NCBI GenBank assembly: GCA_016213885.1
Contig: JACQZM010000163.1
Span: 57,590 to 121,589, forward strand
Length of the DNA: 64,000 bases
Origin: Candidatus Rifleibacteriota bacterium
GTDB taxonomy: Bacteria > Muiribacteriota > UBA6191 > JACPRK01 > JACQZM01
Direction: 5' to 3'
Made by a program: the position numbers and the translations under genes. Within the stretch, counting starts at the first letter, position 1, and each line of letters begins with the position of its first letter. This document shows, piece after piece, positions 1-9,344 of the stretch. The notes under the pieces are model-generated. The model did not search any database, was not told where the DNA came from, and saw only the letters and a program-made list of their open reading frames with translations.

Positions 1-1096
1 TGACGCCGGCGGCGTAGACGTCGCCGTAGATCTTGAGCCTGAGCTGGCGCGCGGCCGCCGGCGCCAGCGGCGCCAGCACGAGGTTGATGCAGGCCCTGTT
101 CAATCCCTTGTCGAACACGGTGTGGACGAGGTTGGCCACCAGGATCGCCACGAACCCGGCCCCGAGCACCACCGCCGCGGCCGAGAGCCCCAGCACGATC
201 GGCAGCACCGCCAGCACCCGCCCCGGGGGGAACCAGGAGAGGAGCCGGGCGACGAGCCCGCTCTGGATGATGAAGATCGTGAGCTTGGCCAGCGAGTCGA
301 ACCGCCCGAGGAAGCCGGCCACGTCGGTCAGCGACGTGTAGCGCAGCGCCACCGCCTGGTTCAGCTGGTAGTCCACCAGGTACTTGATCACGGCGAACCC
401 GAAGCCCAGACAGGTCATGAGGCGGACCAGCGAACCGGGGGCCAGCGCCCCGGGAGCGATGTCGATGTCGAGGTCCCCCTGGACCGGCCGGCTCGACCCG
501 GCGCTGCCGGCGGGGAACGCGAACTGGAGCACCACCAGCGACAACAGCGCCGTGGCCGCGCCCAGGGCGAACAGCGTTCCGATGCCGACGAGCCGGCTCA
601 AGGGGCCCACGGCCAGGCCGACCAGCACCTGGGCCAGGAACCCGCAGGCCATGATGGGAGGCGACCAGTTCTTGACCTCCTTGAGCACGAGCCGCCCCTC
701 CAGGACGTTGAAGAAGAGCGTGTAGGCGAGGATCGGGTACGGGACGGTCACGGACAGGATCGTCAGGTACGCTGGAAAACCGCCGTCGGCGCCGATCAAG
801 GCCGCAGCCAGGAGGAAGCCCGAGTGGACCGTGAAGTACCCGACCATCAGGCCGAAGGCGCTGGTCCCCTCGAGGCGCCGCAGCACCGCCGAGAGGCCCA
901 GGGAGAGGAGGTACCCCCCGAGGAACGTCCAGGGCAGGTGCTGGGCGCCGCACTTCTTGACGAACAGCGTCATGGCCGCCAGGTACGGCAGCAGGGTGCT
1001 GGTCTGGTTCAGGGCGTAGGCGGCGACGATCGGGGCCAGCCGCGGGAGGTCGGCCCGTCCGATCCCGGGAAACAGCGCCGCGAAGATCCGGGTCAC
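1..1096 (-). CDS. Multi-pass membrane transporter (MFS/TLC ATP:ADP-antiporter-like), 3' end outside window; GTG start overlaps upstream stop (GTGA)
   Basis: Reverse-strand translation from GTG at 1096 gives a hydrophobic multi-TM protein (VTRIFAALFPGIGRADLPRLAPIVAAYALNQ ... IQSGLVARLL ... NLVHTVFDKGLNRACINLVLAPL) with no stop before position 1. It is not in the ORF track because it runs off the window. Confidence 0.45.
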   Translation of the reverse strand, partial: MTRIFAALFPGIGRADLPRLAPIVAAYALNQTSTLLPYLAAMTLFVKKCGAQHLPWTFLGGYLLSLGLSAVLRRLEGTSAFGLMVGYFTVHSGFLLAAALIGADGGFPAYLTILSVTVPYPILAYTLFFNVLEGRLVLKEVKNWSPPIMACGFLAQVLVGLAVGPLSRLVGIGTLFALGAATALLSLVVLQFAFPAGSAGSSRPVQGDLDIDIAPGALAPGSLVRLMTCLGFGFAVIKYLVDYQLNQAVALRYTSLTDVAGFLGRFDSLAKLTIFIIQSGLVARLLSWFPPGRVLAVLPIVLGLSAAAVVLGAGFVAILVANLVHTVFDKGLNRACINLVLAPLAPAAARQLRLKIYGDVYAAGV

Positions 1097-2268
1097 CGTC
1101 GCCGGACCTCCCGCCAGACCTCCTCGATCAGCTGGTCGCGGTGGAGCCGCTCCGCCATCCTGTTGAACGCCGCCGCGGCCTCACCCAGCTCGTCCTCCCG
1201 ATCGAGCGTCACCCGGTGGGAGAGCACCCCCTCTCCCACCCGCCTGATGCCGCTCACCAGCTGGGCGATCGGCCTGAGCAGCCGGCTGGCCAGGAGGATC
1301 GCCCCGGCCAGCCCCAGGGCGATCGCCGCCACGACCGCCAGGACCGCGGGCCACGTGAGGTCTTCCATGGGCGCGTACGCCACGGAGCGGGGCAGCCCCA
1401 CCAGCACCCTCAGACCGGCCGTGGAGAGCGGCTCCTGGATGACCAGGTCTTCCCGCCCGTCGATGACGATGATGCCCACGCTCCTCGAGCCCAGCGGCGC
1501 CAGCGACCCGGCGGACCGGGCGCGGCCCTCGACGAGACTTTCCGGCGCCGGCCCGGTCAGCGCCAGCACCCGGTCGTTGACGTCCAGCACGGCGATGTAG
1601 CCCTGACGGCCCGGCTCCAGCCCCTTGATCCAGGCGTTGATCTGGTCGGATACGGCGTACAGGGCCAGCGAGAGGACCTCGACCGGCTTGCCGTCGGCCC
1701 CGGCCACCGGCAGCACATGGGCGATCTGGGGCCGTCCCGTGGTGGTGTAGAACACCGGGGTGAACGTGGTCTTGCCGGAGGCGAGCACGGCGTCGGCCGC
1801 GGCCGGGAACGGCCCGGGGTACGACCGGTAGTTGACGCCCCGCCGGCTGTGCCCTTCGTCTCGCCCCTCCCGGTAGCGGGTCAGCACGAGCGTCCCGTCG
1901 GCCTCGAACAGGTAGGCGTTGGAGAACAGCGCCCCGAAGTCGAGGAAGTGATCGATCAGCTTCTCCCGCTCGGCCGGGCTGGCCCGGGTCGCGGCGAGAC
2001 GCTGGGAGAGAGCCTCCGCCGACCGGGCGCCGCGGGCCAGCCCCTGCTCCAGGTGCCGGCGCACCGCCTTGGCCAGAAACCGGTTCGACCGGATCATCCA
2101 CGCCTCGAGCACCCGGCTGCCGCCCGCGTACATGACCGCCAGGCTCAAGGTCGAGACCAGGCCCACCACGGCGAGGAAGTACCCGAGGATCTGGACCTTC
2201 AGGCTTCGGGCAGGGTGCACGGGAGACCACCTCGAGTCGGCTTCGACGGATCCAGGCTCGGCGGGCAA
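1093..2268 (-). CDS. Membrane sensor with periplasmic Cache-like region and C-terminal HAMP domain, no output domain
   Basis: TM helix ILGYFLAVVGLVSTLSLAV, a roughly 250-aa extracytoplasmic region, a second TM PAVLAVVAAIALGLAGAILLA, then a HAMP-like segment (RLLRPIAQLVSGIRRVGEGVLSHRVTLDREDELGEAAAAFNRMAERL). The protein ends right after HAMP. Confidence 0.6.
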   Translation of the reverse strand: MPAEPGSVEADSRWSPVHPARSLKVQILGYFLAVVGLVSTLSLAVMYAGGSRVLEAWMIRSNRFLAKAVRRHLEQGLARGARSAEALSQRLAATRASPAEREKLIDHFLDFGALFSNAYLFEADGTLVLTRYREGRDEGHSRRGVNYRSYPGPFPAAADAVLASGKTTFTPVFYTTTGRPQIAHVLPVAGADGKPVEVLSLALYAVSDQINAWIKGLEPGRQGYIAVLDVNDRVLALTGPAPESLVEGRARSAGSLAPLGSRSVGIIVIDGREDLVIQEPLSTAGLRVLVGLPRSVAYAPMEDLTWPAVLAVVAAIALGLAGAILLASRLLRPIAQLVSGIRRVGEGVLSHRVTLDREDELGEAAAAFNRMAERLHRDQLIEEVWREVRRR

Positions 2269-2429
2269 GGTCGAGGATCCCGATCCCCCTCGATCGACTG
2301 ATCGGCCGAACCGACCCGGCTCATGAGCTCGTCGACGCTTCCGGGTGCCCCCGGGGCTGTCCGGGATAGCAGGTCCGAAGAGAAACTGTCAAGTTGCGTG
2401 AACCGTGGGCCGTGTTAGACTTGAAGCGT

Positions 2430-3101
2430 ATGACAAAACCATGGGTGCTCTTCACCGTGGCTCTCGTGATCTTCTCCCTCGGTTGCGCCAGAGAATCCTC
2501 CACCTCCGCTGCCGGCGGCGCCCAGATCGGCAAGCTGCAGGTCGTGAAGGGTTCGGCCGTGGTCACGCACGGCGCCCAGAAGACCACGTTCCAGTCCGGC
2601 GCGCGGGCCAGCGTCATGGTCGGCGACACGGTGGCGACCGGCCCTGGATCGGAAGCGGTGGTCCTCGCCTCCAAGCAGGTACACCTGTTGGGCGAGAACT
2701 CCCAGCTGAAGTTCGAGACCGTCGCGACCGACGGGAGCGGCGCCGGGCGGGTGAGCCTCCTGGAGGGGGTCTCCACGTTCCTGCTGCCGCCGAGCCCCGT
2801 CCAGAAACCGCAGTTCGAGGCGGCGGCCAACTCCGTGGTCGCCGCGGTTCACGGCACCATCTTCCAGCTCGAGCTGAAGGGTGGCGACGTGCAGGTGACC
2901 GTGGTCCGCGGCGAGGTCGAGGTACGCCCCGACCAGGGAGCGCCGCCGGTTGCCGCCAAGCTGCTCAAGGCCGGCGAGCGGGTGCTGGCCCGGGCCGGCA
3001 AGATCGAGAGCGCTCCGGCCTCGGCCGACGAGGTCGGCAAGATCCGCACCGAGGTGCTGCTCAAGAAGCAGATCCTGGGCGCCGACCTCTCGACGTTCTA
3101 G
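2430..3101 (+). CDS. FecR-domain lipoprotein
   Basis: Signal peptide plus lipobox (MTKPWVLFTVALVIFSLGC), then a beta-rich FecR-like region (VVKGSAVVTHGAQKTTFQSGARASVMVGDTVATGPGSEAVV ... HGTIFQLELKGGDVQVTVVRGEVEV). Confidence 0.55.
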   Translation: MTKPWVLFTVALVIFSLGCARESSTSAAGGAQIGKLQVVKGSAVVTHGAQKTTFQSGARASVMVGDTVATGPGSEAVVLASKQVHLLGENSQLKFETVATDGSGAGRVSLLEGVSTFLLPPSPVQKPQFEAAANSVVAAVHGTIFQLELKGGDVQVTVVRGEVEVRPDQGAPPVAAKLLKAGERVLARAGKIESAPASADEVGKIRTEVLLKKQILGADLSTF

Positions 3102-3149
3102 ACCCTCGAGCCGGCAGGCCCCAGGCTCTCTAGGTCTCGTGCGCCAGCG

Positions 3150-4478
3150 CTATGGCCCCGCGTTCGACGGGATGCCGCAGCTCGTGGGCTCCGGGGCGTA
3201 CGTGAGGTTGCCGTCGGCATCGTAGTTGGTCGGGGGCTGGACGAACACCTGGCCGCACCGGGCCACGGCCGGATTCAGGCTCTGGGCCAGGTTCACGACG
3301 GCGGAACAGAGGTTCTTGCTGCACTCCATCGCCGCCTTGGCCTCGGCGATGAGCTCGTCGGCCTTGTCCTGGGTGGGACCGGGCGCCGGCGACGCGGCGT
3401 TCATCTTGTCGGCCATCGCCTTGAGCGTCTGCTCGCAGCTGTCGATCCGGCTGGTGAGATCGTTCCGCGCCGCCTGGGTCGCGTCGAGCCCGGCCAGACA
3501 GGCACACGCGTCCGCCTGGGTCGGGCAGCCGGTGGTGGTGCAGCACTGCTGGTAGCTGGTCCTGAGCGCGTTGAGCTTCGTGTCCAGGTAGGTGCCGAAG
3601 ACCCCCCTGGCGGTCCGGACCCCGTCCAGAGCGTCCTGGAGGTCCCTTCTGGTCTGGGCCAGCAGGTCCAGCGTCTCCGGCTTGGCCGGGCCGTTGTCGG
3701 GCGGGTTGGTGGTGGGGAAGCCAGGCACCGTGGGCGGGTCCGACAGCCCGGGGCCGCTGATCCCCGACGGCAGCGGCGACGGAGAGGCGCTCGGTTCCGG
3801 GGCCGGGATCGCGGAGGTGAGCCGCCCGTCCAGCGGCAGACCCAGCTGGGTGAACGGGCCCGACGGGCTGCCGCCGGCGCTGCCGGCGAGCTGGTCCCTG
3901 ATCCCCTGGTGCCACGGCGCGTTGGCGGCCCTGGTGTCGATCAGCTGGTTCACGTGGTTGGACACCGCCCCCAGCCCGGCCGCGTTGTTCGGCGTGCCCG
4001 GGTCGAGCAGGGTGAAGAAGTCGGTCTTCACCTGCCGGTACGGCGAGAGGGTGAACGGATCGGCCTTCAGGCGCCAGTACATGGTCACCTTGTTGTCGCC
4101 CATGTACGTGAAGACCAGGAGCTCGGCTTCGAGGTTCCTGGCGGGCACGTTGCCGATCAGGTACTCGTAGTGGCCACCCTCCCAGGTCCCGGTGTCGCTC
4201 TTCACGGAGTCCTTGAACCATCGATCGCCCCAGGGCTTGCTCTGGAGCCGGGAGACCACCCTGGAGTAGCACGCCTCGCCGACCGCCACCGCCCTGAGGT
4301 AGCCGTCGAGCCAACCGATGTTCTTGTACGACTGCTGACGCATGGTGTGGACGGCGAACGCCATGAGGCCCAGCACCACCATGGTGGCCAGCACCAGCGG
4401 AAGGACCAGGCCGCTGAAGCGACCGGGGCCGGGGGCGAACCTCAGGTGCGGGCCGAGCCACCATCCAGGACGTCTCAT
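3150..4478 (-). CDS. Membrane-anchored secreted protein, last gene of pseudopilin cluster (possible GspK-like), Cys-rich C-terminus
   Basis: N-terminal TM LVLPLVLATMVVLGLMAFAV, a Pro/Ser-rich linker and a Cys-rich C-terminal domain. Its start overlaps the upstream pseudopilin gene by 4 nt (ATGA). Confidence 0.4.
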   Translation of the reverse strand: MRRPGWWLGPHLRFAPGPGRFSGLVLPLVLATMVVLGLMAFAVHTMRQQSYKNIGWLDGYLRAVAVGEACYSRVVSRLQSKPWGDRWFKDSVKSDTGTWEGGHYEYLIGNVPARNLEAELLVFTYMGDNKVTMYWRLKADPFTLSPYRQVKTDFFTLLDPGTPNNAAGLGAVSNHVNQLIDTRAANAPWHQGIRDQLAGSAGGSPSGPFTQLGLPLDGRLTSAIPAPEPSASPSPLPSGISGPGLSDPPTVPGFPTTNPPDNGPAKPETLDLLAQTRRDLQDALDGVRTARGVFGTYLDTKLNALRTSYQQCCTTTGCPTQADACACLAGLDATQAARNDLTSRIDSCEQTLKAMADKMNAASPAPGPTQDKADELIAEAKAAMECSKNLCSAVVNLAQSLNPAVARCGQVFVQPPTNYDADGNLTYAPEPTSCGIPSNAGP

Positions 4479-5710
4479 GGCTTGTCCTCGCTATCACACA
4501 GGAGGATCTGGAACGCTGCTTGGCTGAAGTGCTCGCGGATGAATCGTACCTTGCGGGCCGCCGCCACCAGCGGGTAGCTGGCGTTCAGGTCCGACAGATC
4601 TCGCTCCTCGATGGAGAAGGCGTGCCAGGGGTTGGGCATCCGGTCCTGGTAGAAGGCTGCCACGTCCCTCAGCATCGTGGCCAGGGAGCCGGAGTTCGGC
4701 CAGGGCCTCGTCAGGAGATCCATCTTGGCGCACCGGACGACCCTCCGGTGCGCCCCGAGGTAGACGCCGATCGGAAGAGAGGGAGCCGCCCCGGCCTGAC
4801 CGGACTTGCCGATGGAGCCGGCGAGACAGTCGTTCAACCCCTGGAGCGTCTTCCCCAGCAGGGTCACGGCGAGCCGCCTCTTGTCCTTGGGAACCGGGAG
4901 CTGGTCGCGGCTCACCCCCGCGGCCAGGTCCTGCACGGCGGGGTGCATGTCCTGGAGGATCCCCAGGAGCTCCGCGGCGACCGCTTCATTCAACGTCGCC
5001 TGGGACAGCAGTGCCACGGCCCGGGAGTAGGCGCCGCCGGTCTGGGTCGCCGGATCGAGCGCCGCCACCTTCACCTTGACCGCATCGACCAGCGCCTTGG
5101 CGCTCTGCCCGAGAGCCATGAGGGTGTTGAAGCTGGCCAGCTTCCCCGTCCCGCCGGTCGCGGCCGGCGCGACCGTCTCCACCCTGTCCAGGGCGTGCCA
5201 CGACACCACGTTGGTGGGGAAGAGGAACTCCATCGGTCTCTTGCGCTTGTCCAGCCAGTCGAACCTGGTCTTGAACCGGATCTCCTCGAGGCCGGAGTCC
5301 GGGGCCGTGCCGAACTCAGGGGCGACGAAGAGACCCAGCGGCTCCACCAGCGGATAGATCGCCCCCAGTCCGGGACCGAGCGCGGCGTCCTTCCCCTTCT
5401 GCATCCGACCGAACGGGGTGGCCGAGTCTTCCACCACGGCCAGGTAGGGATGGTTGCCCCTGAGCACCGTGGTGCGCAGCCGGCAATAGCTCTCCTGGGT
5501 GAACCGATCGACGTAGTGAGGGTCTTCGCTCGCCCCGAGTCGCGACTCCTCCGCGGCGAGCTCCGCCAGGAAGATCGCCTGGTAGTACGGGAACGTCTGC
5601 CTGATCGAGTCGCCGGTGGAGAGGAACACGGAGATCATGGGAAGCACGCCGACGACGATCACGATCAGCGCCACCAGCACCTCGGTGAAGGACAGGCCGC
5701 GGCGGTTCAT
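4475..5710 (-). CDS. Large pseudopilin with prepilin-type N-terminal cleavage/methylation motif
   Basis: N-terminus MNRRG|LSFTEVLVALIVIVVGVL has Gly at -1, Glu at +5 and a hydrophobic helix; 411 aa. Confidence 0.6.
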   Translation of the reverse strand: MNRRGLSFTEVLVALIVIVVGVLPMISVFLSTGDSIRQTFPYYQAIFLAELAAEESRLGASEDPHYVDRFTQESYCRLRTTVLRGNHPYLAVVEDSATPFGRMQKGKDAALGPGLGAIYPLVEPLGLFVAPEFGTAPDSGLEEIRFKTRFDWLDKRKRPMEFLFPTNVVSWHALDRVETVAPAATGGTGKLASFNTLMALGQSAKALVDAVKVKVAALDPATQTGGAYSRAVALLSQATLNEAVAAELLGILQDMHPAVQDLAAGVSRDQLPVPKDKRRLAVTLLGKTLQGLNDCLAGSIGKSGQAGAAPSLPIGVYLGAHRRVVRCAKMDLLTRPWPNSGSLATMLRDVAAFYQDRMPNPWHAFSIEERDLSDLNASYPLVAAARKVRFIREHFSQAAFQILLCDSEDKP

Positions 5711-5714
5711 GGCC

Positions 5715-6230
5715 CTAGAGCCCTGCCGCGTCCCTGTTGCGGCACCGGATCTGGGTGTAGAAGGCGTACCGCCGGTTCCCGGTCATCAGCGTCATGTGGA
5801 GTCGCAGGGCGCCGTCGGACAGCGTCGAGAACGTGAGCCTCGAAACGCCGGACATGATCGACTGCCCGGATCGGCCCTGGGGGGTCAGGAGCTCCATCTT
5901 CAGATCGTACTCCCCCTTGGTCTTGGACTCCACCAGGCTGAAGACCACGACCTGGTTCAGCTTGTCCCGGACCATGGCGTAGGGAAGCGTTGATCCCGGC
6001 TGGGGGAGCATCACCTCCATGGACTCCTGGATGGTGGCCAGGAACCGGACCACCGACCGTTGAGAGTCGGCCTGGAGGCCCAGGAGCTCCAGCTCCTGGC
6101 GGCTCATCTTCGTGCCCGCGCCCAGCAGGTCGAAAAGCGCGTACAGGACCAAGGCGAGGATGAGACAGCAGACCACCACCTCGATGACGGTGAACCCGCC
6201 CGGTCGCGCCGGACCGACCCGTGCCAACAA
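5715..6230 (-). CDS. Minor pseudopilin (type IV pilin-like / T2SS GspI/J-like), prepilin N-terminal motif
   Basis: MLARVGPARPG|GFTVIEVVVCCLILALVLYAL is a classic G-F-T-x-I-E prepilin signature; 171 aa. Confidence 0.65.
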   Translation of the reverse strand: MLARVGPARPGGFTVIEVVVCCLILALVLYALFDLLGAGTKMSRQELELLGLQADSQRSVVRFLATIQESMEVMLPQPGSTLPYAMVRDKLNQVVVFSLVESKTKGEYDLKMELLTPQGRSGQSIMSGVSRLTFSTLSDGALRLHMTLMTGNRRYAFYTQIRCRNRDAAGL

Positions 6231-6536
6231 GAGATCCCTCCCACGAGAACCCTACTACATTATAAACAGCACCCGCTCCTGGTCGCGCAACTGGATCGAC
6301 GCCGATCCTCCCTCTCCCGATCCCGTTCTCACCCGATCCGCCGGGGGGGATCTCCCCTGGATGGACCTCGTCGGACTCGGGGGCCCACATGATGAGACGC
6401 CCTGAGCGGGCCAGATGGACACCAGGCCGAGGTGTCGCGGTCGGCGAGCATCGGCCGGACGCTGCGCCCTTGCCCCGGGTCGCGGCCAGAAGGTACAGTG
6501 CCCCGGGGTGAAGACACTGGTGGGGAGCGACCGTCG

Positions 6537-8906
6537 ATGGACCGGGTGAACCGACGGCACCTCGTCATCTTCGCGATCCTCATGGTGGCCTGCTGGGTGG
6601 CCGCCGGGATCGTGGGCGCCTCCTGGTTCCGCGCTCCCCTGGACCTCTTCCACAACCTCCTCTTGCCCCGGGCGGAAGAGGGGCGCGCCCCGCCCACGGC
6701 GCTGTCCCTCTCGTCGAGTCGCGTGGTGCTCGTGGACGTCTCCGTGGACCAGGGCGAGGGCTCGCCGATCGCCCCCCGACCCACCCTGGCCGACGTGATC
6801 CAGAAGCTGGGCGATCTGGGCGCCTGGGCGATCGGGGTGGACATCCTGTTCGAGAACCCCACGAACCCGGTCATCGACGCCAGGCTGGAATCGGCGATCC
6901 GGTCGGCCCGTCGGGTCGTGCTGGCGACCCGGTACGAGCGCAAGAGCCTCCAGGAGGTCCGTCCCCGGTTCGCCGACGCCGCCGGCTGTCTGGGCATCGC
7001 CAACATCGTCGTGGACAGCTACGACGGCTATTTCCGGATGGTCCAGCACTACTACGACCAGCCCGGGATCGAGACCCGGTTCTCCCTGAGCCTCCAGATG
7101 TCCAGGCTGATGCTGGCCGAGGGATCGCTGGACCTGGCGCCGGTGGTGGTCCGGAAGGATGGGCTGACGATCAAGGGAGCGGCCGGGGAGGCACTGGATG
7201 TCCCGTTCGATCGCCAGGGGATGAGCCTGATCCAGTACCAGGGGCCGGCGGGCACGATCCCCCAGGTCCCCTGGCGTCAGCTCGTCGGCATGACCAGGAA
7301 GCAGCTGGACCTCACGGGCAGGGCGGTCCTGGTGGGGGACACCCGGCTGGTGACCCGGGACGCGTACCTGACCCCGTTCCACCGGGGCGACCTGAGCCGC
7401 ATCTCCGGGGTGGAGGTGCACGCCCAGAACCTCCTCGGCATGCTCTCCGGGTCGTGGCGACGCACCACGACGCTGGCTACCGACTGGGCCACGGCGCTGG
7501 CCGGCGTGGCTCTGGTCGCGGCCCTGTCGCGGCTGGCGCCGGTGCTGGCTCTCCTTGGCCTGGTCTTGATCCTGGTCGTCCTGACCTGGTTTGCCAGCTA
7601 CCTCGCCTTCACGGAGCTCGCGGTCTTCGTGAACCCGCTTCCCGGCACGGTCGGGGCCGCGTTCTCCCTCCTGGTGACCCTGGTCCTCGCCCCCGGCGTC
7701 CGGCGGGCCCGGCGGGACGCCGCCCCCATGGATCCCCGACTGGTCAAGGCGGTGGAGCTCCTGGAGCAGGGGCAGGTGGATCGGTCCGTCGAGGGGTTCC
7801 AGGCTCTGCTTCCGGCCGACGGCACCGAGGCCGATCCGACGGTCCGGTGGGGGCTGGCCATGGCGTTTCTCGCCCTGAACAAGATCGAGCTGGCGCTGCC
7901 CCACATCGGCGGCCTGAAGACCGACACGCTGCCGCTGGAGCGCCTGTACGCGCTCGCCGAGACCCTCGAACGGATCGGAGCGCTCTGCGAGGCCGAGGAC
8001 CTGTTCCGTCAGATCCTGGCGCGCAACCTGGGCTTTCGCGACGCCGCCGAGCGGGCCCAGGTGCTGTCGAGCCGCGACCCCCGGGTGCCCGACTCGCTCC
8101 GGCGAACCCTGGTGCACCGGTACACCGACATCAGCTTCCTGGCGTCCGGCGGCATGGGCCGGATCTACAGGGCGCTGGACCGGCAGCGGGAGGAGTACGT
8201 GGCCGTGAAGGTGCCGGACCTGGAGCTGTTGAAGGACCGTGACGTGAAGAAGCGGTTCATCAGGGAGACGGACCTCTTGATGAAGCTGACCCATCCTCAC
8301 ATCGTCCGGCTCTTCGACGTGGGACCGGAGGAGATGCCGTTCTACGCCATGGAGCTCATCGAGGGCGAGACGCTGAAAGAGCTCCTGGACCGGGAATGGC
8401 GGCTCTCGATCCCCCGGGCGCTCCGCCTGCTCGGGCCGGTCGCGTCGGCCTTGGGGTTCAGCCACTCCAAGGGGGTGATCCATCGCGACGTGAAACCCGA
8501 GAACATCCTCCTGGATGCCCAGGAGGTGGCGAGGCTCACGGATTTCGGCCTGGCGTTCCTGGCCGATCGCACCCGGCTCACCCGCCTGAGCGTCAACGTG
8601 GGGACCCCCATGTACATGGCCCCGGAGCAGATGGAGGGCAGCCCCCCCTCGCCGGCGATGGACGTCTACGCCCTGGGCGCCGTGCTGTACGAGACGATCG
8701 GCGGCAAGCAACCGTACCGGACCGACTCCGCGGTCTCCAAGCTCGTGGAGGACGCCATCCCGCTCAACGAGTACCTGCCGGAGGTGCCGCGGGAGCTGGA
8801 GAAGCTGATCCACGCCTGCCTCTCCCGGGACCCGACCCGCCGCCCTGCCGACGGAACCGTCCTCTGCCAGAGCCTCGAGGCGCAGGCAGCGTCTCTCGGC
8901 GGGTGA
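6537..8906 (+). CDS. CHASE2-domain sensor Ser/Thr protein kinase
   Basis: N-terminal TM, an extracytoplasmic CHASE2-like region, three to four TM helices, a TPR-like segment, then Hanks kinase motifs (VAVKVP, HRDVKPENILL, DFGLA, GTPMYMAPE). Confidence 0.8.
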   Translation: MDRVNRRHLVIFAILMVACWVAAGIVGASWFRAPLDLFHNLLLPRAEEGRAPPTALSLSSSRVVLVDVSVDQGEGSPIAPRPTLADVIQKLGDLGAWAIGVDILFENPTNPVIDARLESAIRSARRVVLATRYERKSLQEVRPRFADAAGCLGIANIVVDSYDGYFRMVQHYYDQPGIETRFSLSLQMSRLMLAEGSLDLAPVVVRKDGLTIKGAAGEALDVPFDRQGMSLIQYQGPAGTIPQVPWRQLVGMTRKQLDLTGRAVLVGDTRLVTRDAYLTPFHRGDLSRISGVEVHAQNLLGMLSGSWRRTTTLATDWATALAGVALVAALSRLAPVLALLGLVLILVVLTWFASYLAFTELAVFVNPLPGTVGAAFSLLVTLVLAPGVRRARRDAAPMDPRLVKAVELLEQGQVDRSVEGFQALLPADGTEADPTVRWGLAMAFLALNKIELALPHIGGLKTDTLPLERLYALAETLERIGALCEAEDLFRQILARNLGFRDAAERAQVLSSRDPRVPDSLRRTLVHRYTDISFLASGGMGRIYRALDRQREEYVAVKVPDLELLKDRDVKKRFIRETDLLMKLTHPHIVRLFDVGPEEMPFYAMELIEGETLKELLDREWRLSIPRALRLLGPVASALGFSHSKGVIHRDVKPENILLDAQEVARLTDFGLAFLADRTRLTRLSVNVGTPMYMAPEQMEGSPPSPAMDVYALGAVLYETIGGKQPYRTDSAVSKLVEDAIPLNEYLPEVPRELEKLIHACLSRDPTRRPADGTVLCQSLEAQAASLGG

Positions 8907-8954
8907 GCGGGCGCTGACCACCCGGTCCTTCCCCCGCTCGATCGCCGGATCAGA

Positions 8955-9068
8955 TTCGCGCCTGAGAGCGCGACTTCAAATGAATCGATTCCACTTCCTT
9001 GGTGACTCTGCAGCCAGGCCGAGGCCTGATCACAGGCCCGACTCCGCGAAACAGGTGGGGATCCCGGC
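8955..9068 (+). repeat. Copy A of composite intergenic repeat family (65-bp core GTGACTCTGCAGCCAGGCCGAGGCCTGATCACAGGCCCGACTCCGCGAAACAGGTGGGGATCC)
   Basis: Core at 9001-9065 is near-identical to 34959-35023, 47988-48052 and, inverted, 62977-63036. Confidence 0.6.
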
Positions 9069-9081
9069 CGCCCGGCTACAC

Positions 9082-9110
9082 TTGAGGTTACACACATGGA
9101 TGTGTAGAAT
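9082..9110 (+). promoter_or_regulatory. Sigma-70-like promoter (-35 TTGAGG, 17 nt, -10 TAGAAT) overlapped by imperfect palindrome TTACACACAT-GG-ATGTGTAGAA, likely vapBC operator
   Basis: Hexamers and palindrome read directly at 9082-9110, 22 nt upstream of the vapB ATG; RBS AAGGGAGAG follows. Confidence 0.35.
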
Positions 9111-9131
9111 GAGCTCGGGTGTGAAGGGAGA

Positions 9132-9344
9132 GTGCCCATGGCGACGAACCTCGCTCTGGATGACGGCCTGATCGATGAAGCCCGCCGTGTCGGACAGCAC
9201 AAGACCAAGAAGGCCGCCGTGACCGCGGCCCTGCGCGAGTACATTCAGCGACGGCGACAGCTCAAGATCGTTGAGCTGTTCGGGACGGTCGACTACGATC
9301 CCGACTACGACTACAAGAGGGACCGCCGGAGGCGGTGCCAGTGA
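9132..9344 (+). CDS. vapB: Type II antitoxin VapB (ribbon-helix-helix, Rv0623/DUF2191-like)
   Basis: MATNLALDDGLIDEARRVGQHKTKKAAVTAALREYIQRRRQ...LFGTVDYDPDYDYKRDR matches the VapB family pattern (LDLDDxLL, LFGT.D.DPDYDYK). Confidence 0.8.
   Translation: MPMATNLALDDGLIDEARRVGQHKTKKAAVTAALREYIQRRRQLKIVELFGTVDYDPDYDYKRDRRRRCQ

Noticed and set aside
122-1600. 492-aa plus-strand ORF rich in R/G/D/E/H/Q
   Set aside because: Low-complexity translation antisense to the real transporter and HAMP genes, typical of GC-rich alternative frames. No domain-like segments.
6255-8921. 888-aa minus-strand ORF
   Set aside because: Antisense to the CHASE2 Ser/Thr kinase. Composition is R/G/P/H-rich with no recognisable domains.
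8955-9068. Repeat family as a possible CRISPR array
   Set aside because: Copies are dispersed tens of kb apart, not arrayed with unique spacers. The internal direct repeats are only two units each and no cas genes are present.
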